In this document: positions 19,377 to 30,164 of the stretch, in pieces
How positions within the stretch are numbered: position 1 is the first letter of the stretch
Layout of the letters: each line of letters starts with the position of its first letter
Assembly: GCA_030603565.1 (NCBI GenBank)
Contig: JAUVXM010000006.1
Coordinates: 607-64,606 of the forward strand
Reading direction: 5' to 3'
DNA length: 64,000 nucleotides
From: Candidatus Aminicenantes bacterium
GTDB lineage: Bacteria; Acidobacteriota; Aminicenantia; Aminicenantales; Aminicenantaceae
The notes under the pieces: model-generated
Databases searched by the model: none
Told to the model about the DNA's origin: nothing
The model's input: only the letters and a program-made list of their open reading frames with translations
Position numbers and translations under genes: made by a program

Positions 19377-20582
19377 ATGGATAGTAAGTATCTTATTGAC
19401 GTTGAAGATTTATATGGCGCCCATAACTATAACCCCCTGGATGTTGTGATAACAAAGGGAAAAGGGATCTGGGTGTGGGATGTTGAGGGAAATAAATATC
19501 TTGATTTTTTAAGCGCCTATTCTGCAGTAAATCATGGACACTGCCATCCAAGAGTTGTAAAGGCCTTGATTGAACAGGCAAAAAAATTGACATTAACATC
19601 CCGGGCCTTTCGCAATGACCAGTGGCCGCTTCTGACAAAGGAAATTTGCGACCTGACCGGGTATGAAATGGTCCTTGCCATGAACTCCGGAGCAGAAGCA
19701 GTGGAAACTGCTATAAAAGCTGCCCGTATGTGGGGATATCAGAAAAAAGGAATTCCTGAGAATGAAGCGGAGATAATTGTTTGTGCCAATAATTTTCACG
19801 GACGTACCGTGACTATCATAGGTTTTTCTTCAGAGGTGCTTTACCGCAAGGATTTTGGGCCTTTTACTCCAGGATTCGTGGAAATCCCTTATGATGAATT
19901 GGGCGCTCTGGAGGAAGCGATAAACCCCAATACAGCAGCCTTTCTTGTAGAACCGATTCAAGCAGAGGTTGGGATTATCATTCCTAAAGAAGGTTATTTA
20001 AGGAAAGCCAAGCAGCTCTGCAAAGAGAATAATGTATTGTTTATGGCCGATGAGATCCAGACTGGACTGGGGAGAACAGGCAGTCTTTTTGCATGTGATC
20101 ATGAAGGAGTAAAACCGGATATATTGATTATCGGCAAGTCTTTAGGAGGCGGCTGTTATGCTATTTCTGCTGTCCTGAGCCAGCGGGAGATATTAGAGCT
20201 TTTTACTCCCGGCACTCACGGCTCTACTTTTGGCGCAAATCCGTTGGCCTCTGCAGTAGCGCGGGCAGCGCTCCAGGTGATGCAGGGTGAGAAAATGGTG
20301 GAAAATTCCGCTGAAAAGGGAGAATATTTTCTGGATAAACTCAGGACCATCAAGAGCCCGCATATAAAATCTGTCAGAGGAAAGGGTCTTCTTATTGGCA
20401 TAGAATTGTTGTCTGATGCAGGAGGAGCAAGACGCTTTTGTGAAGCCCTGAAAAAAGAAGGACTGCTCTGTAAGGAAACCCACGAGCATGTCATACGTTT
20501 TGCGCCTCCATTGATAATCAGGAAAAAAGATCTGGATTGGGCCTTTAAAAAAATAAAAAAAGTTTTTAAAGAGATAGATTAG
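19377..20582 (+). CDS. rocD: Ornithine--oxo-acid aminotransferase
   Basis: 401 aa class-III aminotransferase. The OAT signature AYSAVNHGHCHP is present, along with a PLP-binding lysine region. Confidence 0.85.
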   Translation: MDSKYLIDVEDLYGAHNYNPLDVVITKGKGIWVWDVEGNKYLDFLSAYSAVNHGHCHPRVVKALIEQAKKLTLTSRAFRNDQWPLLTKEICDLTGYEMVLAMNSGAEAVETAIKAARMWGYQKKGIPENEAEIIVCANNFHGRTVTIIGFSSEVLYRKDFGPFTPGFVEIPYDELGALEEAINPNTAAFLVEPIQAEVGIIIPKEGYLRKAKQLCKENNVLFMADEIQTGLGRTGSLFACDHEGVKPDILIIGKSLGGGCYAISAVLSQREILELFTPGTHGSTFGANPLASAVARAALQVMQGEKMVENSAEKGEYFLDKLRTIKSPHIKSVRGKGLLIGIELLSDAGGARRFCEALKKEGLLCKETHEHVIRFAPPLIIRKKDLDWAFKKIKKVFKEID

Positions 20583-20594
20583 GGGGAGTAGACC

Positions 20595-21794
20595 ATGAAA
20601 AAATCGATCTTTATAGCATTATTCGCAGTGGTGTTTGTTGCCGGATGTATTATTTATGTCCCGAAGCCTTATGATGAACCGTCACCATATGAGGAAAATT
20701 ACTATGAAGATGAGTATGCAGGGGAGAGTTATGAGGAGACTATGGATAGTTCCTATTTTTATGATTATCTTTCTCCTTACGGTTATTGGACAAGACACTT
20801 AAAACATGGCTATGTCTGGATCCCCAATAGTACAGGATATGGCTGGCGTCCCTATTCCCACGGCCGCTGGATGTGGACAGATTTCGGCTGGACCTGGATA
20901 TCTGATTTCGAGTGGGGCTGGGCTCCTTTTCATTATGGCCGCTGGGGCTGGGATAACTATAGCGGCTGGTACTGGAAGCCGGGTACACGCTGGGGGCCGG
21001 CCTGGGTTACCTGGCGAAGAGGCAGTACTTATTTGGGCTGGGCACCCATACCTCCAGGGGTGATATTTATATCAGGTACCGGGATAAGGTCTTTGCCGAA
21101 TAGACTGCCGGATTCTTTTTGGATTTTTGTTGATGGAAGGTATTTTTATAATACTCATTTGAATAGGTATGTACTTCCTCGGGAGAGGAATTTAACTATT
21201 ATTAACTATACTGTTCAAAAAACGAACATAGTATGGCGCGATAGACTAATAATCAACAATGGTATTGATATAAACCATATAAACGGTATAAGCCATCAGA
21301 GAGTAACAAAACATCAGCTTGCAAATTCTCCAAATGTCGGTAAGGCAAAAATAGATAGAGGAAGGATAGAGGTCTTTAAACCGGTTATCAGCAAAAACGA
21401 AGCGGCAGGTCCAAAATCTGTATTGGATAGAAATGAGGTTAAAGAAAAAGTCTCGAGGGAAAAAATCAGAAAATCCGGTGTTAGCGAGGCTGAATGGGCA
21501 GTCAAGAAAAAGCAGGCCCAAGAGCGGGAACTGGCGGTAATGGAAAAAAGCCAGAAAATGGATATACTAGAGATTGAGAAAAAAAATGAGGCTGAAAAGC
21601 GTTCCGTTCGTACTCCAGCTGAAAAGAATAAAGTAGAAAAGAAATACAAAGAAAAGTCAGAAAAATTAAAAGAGCAGCATAAAAAGGAAAAATCCAGTTT
21701 GAAACAACGTCATGAAAAGGAAAAAACAAAAGTAAAAAAGAAGATAGTTAAAAAGGAAGTAAAAAAGCAGACTTACCTGCCTCCTAAGCTTTAA
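20595..21794 (+). CDS. Lipoprotein with Trp/Tyr/Gly-rich repeats and a Lys/Glu-rich coiled-coil tail
   Basis: 399 aa. Signal peptide plus lipobox (VAGC). W/Y-G repeats (YGYW, YGWRPY, GWTW, WGWAP, YGRWGWD). The C-terminal 130 aa is a K/E-rich low-complexity region. Confidence 0.55.
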   Translation: MKKSIFIALFAVVFVAGCIIYVPKPYDEPSPYEENYYEDEYAGESYEETMDSSYFYDYLSPYGYWTRHLKHGYVWIPNSTGYGWRPYSHGRWMWTDFGWTWISDFEWGWAPFHYGRWGWDNYSGWYWKPGTRWGPAWVTWRRGSTYLGWAPIPPGVIFISGTGIRSLPNRLPDSFWIFVDGRYFYNTHLNRYVLPRERNLTIINYTVQKTNIVWRDRLIINNGIDINHINGISHQRVTKHQLANSPNVGKAKIDRGRIEVFKPVISKNEAAGPKSVLDRNEVKEKVSREKIRKSGVSEAEWAVKKKQAQERELAVMEKSQKMDILEIEKKNEAEKRSVRTPAEKNKVEKKYKEKSEKLKEQHKKEKSSLKQRHEKEKTKVKKKIVKKEVKKQTYLPPKL

Positions 21795-21874
21795 TTTAAT
21801 AAGAGAATATGTTAAAATAACCTTTACAAAAACCGGAGTTTTTTTTGCCTCATCCGGTTCCAGCGGATTAAAAA

Positions 21875-23245
21875 ATGGGATATTTAGTTTACGCGCGAAA
21901 GTACAGGCCTAAAACCTTTGAAGAGATGATCGGCCAGAAAGCCGTTGTGCAAACACTTTATAATGCTATAAAAAATGAGCGAGTAGCCCAGGCATATATT
22001 TTTTCGGGAATGAGGGGTGTGGGAAAGACCACAGCCGCCCGTATCCTGGCCAAGGCTTTAAACTGCAAGGAAGGGCCTACCCCGGTTCCCTGCAACCAGT
22101 GTAACTTCTGTCTGGAGATAGATGAAGACCGTTCCCTGGATGTGATCGAGATCGACGGGGCTTCGCATGCCCTTGTTGACGATGTCAGAGCCTTACAGGA
22201 AGGGCTGCAGTATAAACCGGTTAACAGCAGATATAAGGTCATCATCATCGATGAAGTCCATATGCTGGGAAAGTCAGCTTTTAATGCTTTGTTAAAAACT
22301 CTGGAGGAGCCTCCGGAGAATACGGTATTTATTTTTGCCACAACAGAGTTCCACAAGGTTCCCGCCACGATTGTATCCAGATGCCAGTGTTTTAATTTTA
22401 AAAGAATTATACATAAGGATATTTCTGAACATCTTAAATACATTGCGAAAGAGGAAAATATTTCCATTACATCTGCAGGATTAAATCTTTTAACTGAGGC
22501 TGCTGACGGCAGTTTAAGAGATGCCCAAAGCCTGCTTGACCAGGCAGTGTCTTTTTCCGGGAACGATATAAAAGAAGATGACCTTAAAGAAATACTCGCT
22601 ACTGTCAACCAGGAGCTTCTTTTCCAGTTCTCCAGTGCAGTGCTTGAAGAAAAGCCGGATAGGATTTTTGAATTGGTCGAAAAAGTTATAGACAGCGGTT
22701 ATGACCTGAGATATTTTCATGAACAGCTTATCCAGCATTTCCGCAACCTGCTCCTGATCCGCTCAGTAAAAGACACCAGGGATATATTGCCTTTTGGGGA
22801 CAAGGTTCTGGAAAAACTTAGAACTGAAGCGGGCAAAGCCTCGAAAGAGGAGATCCTGCGCTACCTTGATGTCTTACAGGAGTGGGAACAGGGGTTAAAG
22901 TACACTTCCCATCCTCGTATTTATCTTGAGTCGTCTCTAATAAAATTATGCCATTTTAAGCAGATAGTTCCCTTAAAGAAAATCATTGAACAGCTAAAAG
23001 AAAAAAGAGATGGTTTTAGCCCCCGCTCTTCAAGCCGAGCTTTTCCCCAGGTACGTGAAAAGCTGGATGAAAGACCAAAAATATCGGAAATAAAGCAGAT
23101 AAAGCTGGAAAATTCCGGCAATCCTTCAAATAAGGGTATAAAAAAAGAATCGAATACTGATAAGGCATTAAAGGACCCTAAAGTTCAAGAGTTTATGGAT
23201 ACCTTTAAAGCTCAGATCATATCTGTGGAAGAAAAGAAAATATAA
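21875..23245 (+). CDS. dnaX: DNA polymerase III subunit gamma/tau
   Basis: 456 aa AAA+ clamp-loader protein (GMRGVGKTT; zinc module CNQCNFC). Conserved dnaX-ybaB-recR gene order. Confidence 0.9.
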   Translation: MGYLVYARKYRPKTFEEMIGQKAVVQTLYNAIKNERVAQAYIFSGMRGVGKTTAARILAKALNCKEGPTPVPCNQCNFCLEIDEDRSLDVIEIDGASHALVDDVRALQEGLQYKPVNSRYKVIIIDEVHMLGKSAFNALLKTLEEPPENTVFIFATTEFHKVPATIVSRCQCFNFKRIIHKDISEHLKYIAKEENISITSAGLNLLTEAADGSLRDAQSLLDQAVSFSGNDIKEDDLKEILATVNQELLFQFSSAVLEEKPDRIFELVEKVIDSGYDLRYFHEQLIQHFRNLLLIRSVKDTRDILPFGDKVLEKLRTEAGKASKEEILRYLDVLQEWEQGLKYTSHPRIYLESSLIKLCHFKQIVPLKKIIEQLKEKRDGFSPRSSSRAFPQVREKLDERPKISEIKQIKLENSGNPSNKGIKKESNTDKALKDPKVQEFMDTFKAQIISVEEKKI

Positions 23246-23248
23246 TAT

Positions 23249-23575
23249 ATGAGGAGATTTTCTATGAAAGGAATGGGAAATATTCAAAATATGCTTAAAC
23301 AGGCTAAAAAAATGCAGGAAAAGATGCAGCAGGAATTATCAGAAATGAAGATAGAGGGCTCCAGCGGAGGCGGTATGGTAACAGTGATCCTTGATGGCAA
23401 TAGAAATCTGATGGATATTAAGATAAATCCTGAAGTGGTGGATAAAGAAGATGTCACGATGCTGCAGGACTTGATCAGTGCTGCTTTTAATGATGCAGCT
23501 GCAAAAGTTGAAGAAGAAATGTCAAGTAAGTTAGGTTCATTAGGGGCAGGGCTGAAAATCCCAGGACTTTCCTGA
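23249..23575 (+). CDS. ybaB: Nucleoid-associated protein YbaB/EbfC
   Basis: 108 aa typical of the YbaB family. Sits between dnaX and recR. Confidence 0.85.
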   Translation: MRRFSMKGMGNIQNMLKQAKKMQEKMQQELSEMKIEGSSGGGMVTVILDGNRNLMDIKINPEVVDKEDVTMLQDLISAAFNDAAAKVEEEMSSKLGSLGAGLKIPGLS

Positions 23576-24183
23576 TGCTGGAAAAAGATCATCCTTTAAA
23601 TCGTCTTATTGATGAAATTAAAAAGATTCCCGGCATAGGAGCCAAGTCTGCTCAGAGGATTGCTTATTATATGATCAATATTTCAGAGGAAGAGGCTGAC
23701 AGGTTGATAAATGCTATTAAAGACGTTAAGCAAAATATGTTTTACTGCTCAGCCTGCAACAGCCTGACCCATGTTGATCCCTGTTTTCACTGTACAAAAG
23801 AAGTGCAGGATGAGAGAGCCCTATGTATTGTGGAAGAACCATATAATATTTCTGCAATTGAAAAAACCGGAATTTTTAAAGGACGGTACTATGTTCTTTT
23901 AGGAAGGCTTTCACCTTTAAAAGGAATGGGACCTGATGAGTTAAAAACAGATAAATTGGAAAAAATGGTAACAGAAGGTGATTTTAAAGAAATAATCATT
24001 GCCACCAATCCTACAACCGAAGGAGAGGCTACGGCTCTTTATCTTGCCAAGCTTTTAAAAAAATATGATATTAAAATGACCCGTTTAGCCATGGGATTAC
24101 CGGTCGGCTCAGATCTTGATTTTGCCGATCAAATAACTATTAAAAAATCCTTGGAAGGCAGAACGGAAATAAATAATAAATAG
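23575..24183 (+). CDS. recR: Recombination protein RecR
   Basis: 202 aa with an HhH motif, a C4 zinc finger (CSACNS...CFHC) and a Toprim domain. Confidence 0.9.
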   Translation: MLEKDHPLNRLIDEIKKIPGIGAKSAQRIAYYMINISEEEADRLINAIKDVKQNMFYCSACNSLTHVDPCFHCTKEVQDERALCIVEEPYNISAIEKTGIFKGRYYVLLGRLSPLKGMGPDELKTDKLEKMVTEGDFKEIIIATNPTTEGEATALYLAKLLKKYDIKMTRLAMGLPVGSDLDFADQITIKKSLEGRTEINNK

Positions 24184-24202
24184 CAATAATAGGAGATTAT
24201 TA

Positions 24203-27200
24203 ATGAAAAAGATTTATGAGCCCATAGAGGGAAATACAGCTGCTACTCATGTGGGTTATGCTTTTAGTGAAGTCGCTGCAATTTACCCCATCACGCCCTC
24301 ATCGCTTATGGGAGAGCTGGCTGATGCCTGGGCTGCTCAGGGGCGGAAAAATATTTATGGGCAGACTCTTGATGTTATTGAAATGCAATCGGAAGCAGGA
24401 GCATCCGGAGCTGTTCATGGCAGCCTCTCGGCTGGAGCAATGACTACTACCTTTACGGCTTCACAGGGGTTGATGCTGATGCTGCCGAATATGCACAAGA
24501 TAGCAGGGGAAATGCTGCCAACCGTCTTTCATGTGTCAGCACGCTCGCTGGCCTGCCAGTCTCTCTCGATATTTGGAGACCACTCTGATGTTATGTCTGC
24601 CAGAAATACCGGTTTTGCCCTAGTTGCCTCAGGCTCTGTACAGGAAGCTATGGACTTGGCTATAGTAGCGCAACTGTCCACTTTAAAGTCTAAAGTTCCC
24701 TTTCTTCATTTTTTTGACGGTTTTCGGACTTCAAATGAGATCCAGAAAGTGGAGATGGTTCCTTACGAAACTATGGCCGAACTGGTAGAGATGAAATATG
24801 TAGAAGATTTTCGTTCCCGGGCGATGAATCCGGAGAAACCAATGGTAAAAGTAGGAGCACAGAATCCTGATGTATATTTCCAGGGCCGGGAAACCGTTAA
24901 TAAATATTATGATGTGACTCCAGAGATTGTGCAGGAATATATGGATAAAGTAGCTGAAAAGATAGGGCGTAAATACCACCTCTTTGACTATATAGGAGAC
25001 CCGGATGCGGAAAGGGTAATTATCTCAATGGGCTCTTCGACTGAAACTATAGAAGAGGCAGTAAACTATCTGACAAAGCAAGGTGAAAAGGTCGGAGCTG
25101 TAAAAGTAAGGCTATACAGGCCTTTTTCGGCAGAAGCCTTAATTTCAGCCTTGCCGCATACGGTAAAGAAGATAGCAGTGCTTGACCGGACAAAAGAGCC
25201 GGGTGCTTTGGGTGAACCGCTTTATCTTGACATTGCCGTAGCTTTAAGAGAAAAAGATATAAAAATTATTGGGGGAAGATATGGATTGTCTTCCAAGGAA
25301 TTTACTCCTGCTATGGTAAAAGGCGTTTATGACCACCTGGACGGTAAATGTTTTCACGGCTTTACTGTTGGGATTGAAGACGATGTTACCGGAACCTCTA
25401 TTCCTGTTACTGAAAATATCGATACAGAGCCTAAAGGTACTATCCGGTGTAAGTTTTGGGGATATGGTTCGGATGGAACCGTAAGTGCTAATAAAAATTC
25501 CATTAAGATAATCGGGGATAATACAGATATGTATACCCAAGGTTATTTCCAGTATGACTCCAAAAAATCAGGTGGTATAACCGTATCTCATCTGCGGTTT
25601 GGAAAAGAAAAGATTCAGTCTCAGTATCTGCTCAGTCATGTAGATTTTGTTGCCCTCCACAAATCATCCTATATTGGACGCTATGATATCTTGGAAGGAT
25701 TAAAGCAAGGAGGAATTTTTCTGCTTAATTCAAAATGGAAGGCGGACGAAGTCTTTGAGAACCTGACTGAAGATATGCAGAAAGCAATAATAGAAAAAAA
25801 TATCAAGATATATAACATTGATGCTTTGAATATCGCCGAAAAAGTCGGTCTTGGTGCTCGAATCAGCACAGTCATGCAAGCTGCTTTTTTTAAGCTCTCA
25901 GGAGTGCTGCCTGAAGATAAGGCTATTAAGTTAATAAAAAAAGCGGTTAAAAAAACTTTTCTAAAAAAGGGAGAAGATATTGTTAAGATGAATTGGGCAG
26001 CAATTGATCAGGCTGCTGCTGCAATTAAAAAAATCCCGGTTCCCGAAAAAATCAAAAAATTCGCTCCGGTTTCAAAACTGATACCTGATAATGCCGGAGA
26101 ATTTACCAGAAGTGTAATCGACCCCATAATGCATTTTAAAGGCGATAGTATTCCAGTATCAAAAATGCCGTATGACGGATTTGTCCCATCCGGCACCACA
26201 AAGCTGGAAAAAAGGGGAGTGGCTCCCAAGGTGCCGAAGTGGATTCCTGAAAACTGCATTCAATGCAACCAGTGTTCCTTGGTGTGCCCTCATGCTGCTA
26301 TTAGACCAAAACAGATTTCTCCTGAAGATTTAAAGGATGCGCCTGATTCATTTACCACTCTTAAATCCAACACGAAGAATGAGCGTGATTTACAATACAG
26401 GCTTCAGGTGTATGTTGAGGATTGTGTTGGATGTGACGTTTGTGTTAATACCTGTCCGTCTAAAGTCAAGGCCCTGGAAATGGTTCCCATTGAAGAGGCC
26501 AGGGAAGCAGGAGAAACGGAAAAAGCGGAATTTTTTGACCAACTTCCGGATAATGTGCTTGATGGAGTAAAACGTGAGACTGTCAAGGGAAGTCAGTTCC
26601 TGATGCCTTATTTTGAGTTTAGTGGTGCCTGTGGCGGTTGTGGAGAAACTCCTTATGTAAAACTCACGACCCAACTTTTTGGCGACCGAATGATAATAGC
26701 CAATGCGACCGGATGTTCTTCCATATTTGGGGGAACTTTCCCCACGATCCCTTATTGCAAGAATAAACAGGGACAAGGGCCGGCATGGGCCAATTCTCTG
26801 TTTGAGGATAATGCGGAATATGGTTTTGGAATGCGCCTGGCTGTTGATGCCAACCGGAAACAGCTTGTCTATAATATTGAAAAGCTGCTGAAAGCTGGCA
26901 CAACGCCTGAACTGACCCAGGCTCTTCAAAAAAACAAACAGCTTTGGGATTCTGTTGATGATGAAGCTAAAAAAGCGGCAAAAGATGTTAAACAGGCCCT
27001 GCCTAAAGCTTTAAAGCTGGCTTCTGATAAAACTAAACCGGTTTTAGCTAAAATCTCAGAACTGCAGAATCAGCTTGTAGATAAAAGTGTATGGAGTTTT
27101 GGAGGAGATGGCTGGGCCTATGATATAGGTTACGGTGGCTTAGACCATGTTCTGGCTTCCGGCAAAAATATTAATGTTTTAGTACTTGATACTGAAGTGT

Positions 27201-27724
27201 ACTCCAATACAGGAGGACAGGCATCCAAAGCTACACCTACAGGTTCAGTTGCTAAATTTGCTTCATCAGGAAAGAAGACTAAGAAAAAAGACCTTGGGCG
27301 CATGGCTATGACTTACGGCTATGTGTATGTGGCTGCTGTTGCTATGGGTGCTAACCAGAATCAGTGTTTAAAGGCATTTTTAGAAGCTGAAGCTTACAAT
27401 GGTCCTTCCTTAGTAATAGCCTATGCACCCTGTATAAACCATGGAATAGACATGAGCCTGACCCAGCAGGAAGAGAAACTGGCTGTAGATACCGGATACT
27501 GGATTTTATACCGTTATAATCCTGCCCTGGCAGAAGAAGGTAAAAATCCACTACTGTTGGATTCAAGAGAGCCAAAAATAGAATATCAGGCCTTTCTTGA
27601 TAATGAGATTCGTTACCGCACTCTGGTCCGGCAGTATCCTGAACAAGCTAAAATATTATTCAAAAAGGCTGCGAAGGAAGCTAAAGAGAGGTATGAGACT
27701 TACAAAAAATTGGCCGGAAAGTAA
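24203..27724 (+). CDS. nifJ: Pyruvate:ferredoxin (flavodoxin) oxidoreductase, single-polypeptide type
   Basis: 1173 aa. The N-terminus MKKIYEPIEGNTAATHVGYAFSEVAAIYPITPSS is classic for PFOR. Ferredoxin-domain CxxCxxC motifs and a C-terminal TPP domain are present. Confidence 0.95.
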   Translation: MKKIYEPIEGNTAATHVGYAFSEVAAIYPITPSSLMGELADAWAAQGRKNIYGQTLDVIEMQSEAGASGAVHGSLSAGAMTTTFTASQGLMLMLPNMHKIAGEMLPTVFHVSARSLACQSLSIFGDHSDVMSARNTGFALVASGSVQEAMDLAIVAQLSTLKSKVPFLHFFDGFRTSNEIQKVEMVPYETMAELVEMKYVEDFRSRAMNPEKPMVKVGAQNPDVYFQGRETVNKYYDVTPEIVQEYMDKVAEKIGRKYHLFDYIGDPDAERVIISMGSSTETIEEAVNYLTKQGEKVGAVKVRLYRPFSAEALISALPHTVKKIAVLDRTKEPGALGEPLYLDIAVALREKDIKIIGGRYGLSSKEFTPAMVKGVYDHLDGKCFHGFTVGIEDDVTGTSIPVTENIDTEPKGTIRCKFWGYGSDGTVSANKNSIKIIGDNTDMYTQGYFQYDSKKSGGITVSHLRFGKEKIQSQYLLSHVDFVALHKSSYIGRYDILEGLKQGGIFLLNSKWKADEVFENLTEDMQKAIIEKNIKIYNIDALNIAEKVGLGARISTVMQAAFFKLSGVLPEDKAIKLIKKAVKKTFLKKGEDIVKMNWAAIDQAAAAIKKIPVPEKIKKFAPVSKLIPDNAGEFTRSVIDPIMHFKGDSIPVSKMPYDGFVPSGTTKLEKRGVAPKVPKWIPENCIQCNQCSLVCPHAAIRPKQISPEDLKDAPDSFTTLKSNTKNERDLQYRLQVYVEDCVGCDVCVNTCPSKVKALEMVPIEEAREAGETEKAEFFDQLPDNVLDGVKRETVKGSQFLMPYFEFSGACGGCGETPYVKLTTQLFGDRMIIANATGCSSIFGGTFPTIPYCKNKQGQGPAWANSLFEDNAEYGFGMRLAVDANRKQLVYNIEKLLKAGTTPELTQALQKNKQLWDSVDDEAKKAAKDVKQALPKALKLASDKTKPVLAKISELQNQLVDKSVWSFGGDGWAYDIGYGGLDHVLASGKNINVLVLDTEVYSNTGGQASKATPTGSVAKFASSGKKTKKKDLGRMAMTYGYVYVAAVAMGANQNQCLKAFLEAEAYNGPSLVIAYAPCINHGIDMSLTQQEEKLAVDTGYWILYRYNPALAEEGKNPLLLDSREPKIEYQAFLDNEIRYRTLVRQYPEQAKILFKKAAKEAKERYETYKKLAGK

Positions 27725-27863
27725 AATAAAGGAGCGCTTCAATAGGAGTTCCCCCTAAAGCCTGGACACGGGTAAGTCCCTGTAATTCCATCTATTTCAA
27801 ATTTTCCTTCAATAATTTGCATATCACCATCCTTCCATATTATATTATGCAAGTAATGCCAAT

Positions 27864-30164
27864 GTGATATGGAGGGAAGCTATGGATAAAATTTCCAGAA
27901 ACAAGACCTGTGGAATTTTTCTGGCTTTGTTATTAATTGTTTGTTCAAATCTAACCGCTAAGCGGGAAGATTCAGCGCAGTTGACTCTGGAGCGTATTTT
28001 TAGCTCAGATGAGTTTTCTCAGGAAAGATTTGGTCCGGCCCGCTGGTTAAAGGATGGTTCCGGATACACTACTCTGGAAGATTCAAAAACTCTGTCTAAA
28101 GGAAAGGATATAATAAAGTATGATCCGGCTTCCTCTAAGCGAGAAGTGCTGGTGACGGCAGAACGTCTGGTCCCGGCAGGAAAAGAAAATCCTTTAAAGA
28201 TAGCAGATTATGCTTGGTCTCCGCAGGGAAACCTGCTGCTTGTTTTTACTGATACAAAGCGTGTTTGGAGGCGAAATACTCGGGGTGATTACTGGATACT
28301 TGATCTTAATACCTGGAAACTCCAAAGACTTGGGGGAAAAGCAGAACCTTCGACTCTTATGTTTGCAAAATTTTCTCAGGACAGCACCCGGGTCGGGTAT
28401 GTGATAAAAAACAATATCTATGTTGAAGACATTAAAGAAGATAGTATAACCAAGTTGACCCATGACGGCTCGGATACGGTCATTAACGGTACTTTTGACT
28501 GGGTTTATGAAGAGGAGTTTTCCCTAAGAGATGGATTTCGCTGGAGCCCTGACGGAAAGCATATTGCTTATTGGCAGCTGGATACAGAGGGAGTGCGGGA
28601 TTTTTATATGATAAATAACACCGACTCTCTCTACCCAAAAATCATTCCCGTACAATATCCCAAAGCCGGAGAAACCAATTCAGCCAGCCGTTTAGGTGTG
28701 GTTAATTCTAAGGGAGGAGAGACCTCTTGGTTTAAGCTTCCAGGAGATTCACGCAATTTTTATTTAGCCCGGATGGACTGGGCAGCAAATTCCGAGGAAA
28801 TAGTCTTTCAGCGGATGAACCGTCTTCAAAATACAATTTGGTTGATGTTGGGAAATATTAAGTCAGGAAAAGTAAAAACCATTCTTACCGAGAAGGAAAA
28901 GACCTGGGTCGAGGTTGTAAATGATTTGAAGTGGTTTGACCAGGGCGCTTATTTCACTTGGGTAAGTGAAAGGGACGGATGGCGGCATGTCTTTTTGATC
29001 TCGCGTTCCGGGCAGGAGGTGCGCTGTATAACTTCTGGAGATTATGATGTTTTAAATATCCAATGTATAGATGATAAAGGAGGCTGGCTCTATTTTACAG
29101 CATCACCGGAAAATCCGACGCAGCGATATCTCTTTCGGGTGCCTCTTTCCGGTTCAGAGAAGCCGGAACGTATAACTCCCTCCGGCAGTATAGGAACTCA
29201 TAGTTATCAGATATCTGAAGACGCGGGAAGGGCATTTCATACATTTTCTTCTTTTGAGAAGCCTCGGGTTACAGAGCTGGTAAGTTTACCCGATCACAAG
29301 ACAATACGCCTTCTTGCTAAAAATACTCGGCTGCGTAATAAAGTGAAGGATTTGGGAAAAAATCCAGTTGAGTTTTTTCGAGTTGATATAGGAGATGGGG
29401 TGGAGCTTGATGCCTGGTGTCTGAAACCGCCGGATTTTAATCCGGCAAAGAAGTATCCGCTCCTTTTCTTTGTTTACGGCGAACCTGCGGCCCAGACTGT
29501 CCTGGATAGGTGGGGTGGAAACCGCTACCTCTGGCATTTACTGCTGGCTCAAAAGGGCTATCTGGTTATGAGTGTGGATAACCGGGGTACTCCCGCACCT
29601 CGTGGCCGGGAATGGCGAAAATCTATCTACCGCCAGATAGGCATACTAGCCTCTAAAGACCAGGCTGCTGCTGCCCGGGCTATAATAAAACAGCGTACTT
29701 ATGTAGATGCCGGGCGGATAGGAGTTTGGGGATGGAGCGGAGGAGGGTCGATGAGCCTTAATCTAATATTCAGGTATCCCGATCTTTATAAAACAGCCAT
29801 GGCTATTGCTTTTGTAAGCAACCAGAGGTTTTATGACACAATATACCAGGAACGTTATATGGGGCTTCCGGATGACAATAAGGAAGGATTTAAAAACGGC
29901 TCACCTATCACTCATGCCCATAAATTGAAGGGGAATCTATTGATAGTACATGGTACCGGTGATGATAATGTCCATTATCAGAGCTGTGAGGCGCTAGTAA
30001 ATGAACTTATAGAGCATAACAGCCATTTTACCATGATGGCATATCCAAACCGCTCTCACGGCATTAACGAAGGAAAAAACACTACCATCCATCTTTATAA
30101 TCTTTTGACCCGCTATTTAAAAGAAAACCTGATGCCGGGTCCGAGAGAAAGGGGGCAAAAATGA
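27864..30164 (+). CDS. Secreted S9 peptidase, dipeptidyl-peptidase IV-like (N-terminal beta-propeller plus prolyl-oligopeptidase alpha/beta hydrolase domain)
   Basis: 766 aa with a signal peptide. The nucleophile motif GWSGGG and a catalytic D/H in the C-terminal region are present. The true start may be ATG 27882. Confidence 0.8.
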   Translation: MIWREAMDKISRNKTCGIFLALLLIVCSNLTAKREDSAQLTLERIFSSDEFSQERFGPARWLKDGSGYTTLEDSKTLSKGKDIIKYDPASSKREVLVTAERLVPAGKENPLKIADYAWSPQGNLLLVFTDTKRVWRRNTRGDYWILDLNTWKLQRLGGKAEPSTLMFAKFSQDSTRVGYVIKNNIYVEDIKEDSITKLTHDGSDTVINGTFDWVYEEEFSLRDGFRWSPDGKHIAYWQLDTEGVRDFYMINNTDSLYPKIIPVQYPKAGETNSASRLGVVNSKGGETSWFKLPGDSRNFYLARMDWAANSEEIVFQRMNRLQNTIWLMLGNIKSGKVKTILTEKEKTWVEVVNDLKWFDQGAYFTWVSERDGWRHVFLISRSGQEVRCITSGDYDVLNIQCIDDKGGWLYFTASPENPTQRYLFRVPLSGSEKPERITPSGSIGTHSYQISEDAGRAFHTFSSFEKPRVTELVSLPDHKTIRLLAKNTRLRNKVKDLGKNPVEFFRVDIGDGVELDAWCLKPPDFNPAKKYPLLFFVYGEPAAQTVLDRWGGNRYLWHLLLAQKGYLVMSVDNRGTPAPRGREWRKSIYRQIGILASKDQAAAARAIIKQRTYVDAGRIGVWGWSGGGSMSLNLIFRYPDLYKTAMAIAFVSNQRFYDTIYQERYMGLPDDNKEGFKNGSPITHAHKLKGNLLIVHGTGDDNVHYQSCEALVNELIEHNSHFTMMAYPNRSHGINEGKNTTIHLYNLLTRYLKENLMPGPRERGQK

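Noticed and set aside
21795-21874. Looked for SRP RNA (ffs) upstream of dnaX, as in many bacteria
   Set aside because: The 80-nt spacer is too short and lacks the conserved SRP domain IV motif.
22991-23010. A-rich stretch GAAAAAAGAG in dnaX as a possible -1 frameshift site for the gamma subunit
   Set aside because: In frame it reads GAA AAA AGA, which is not a canonical A_AAA_AAG heptamer. There is no downstream stem-loop, and the gene is already short.
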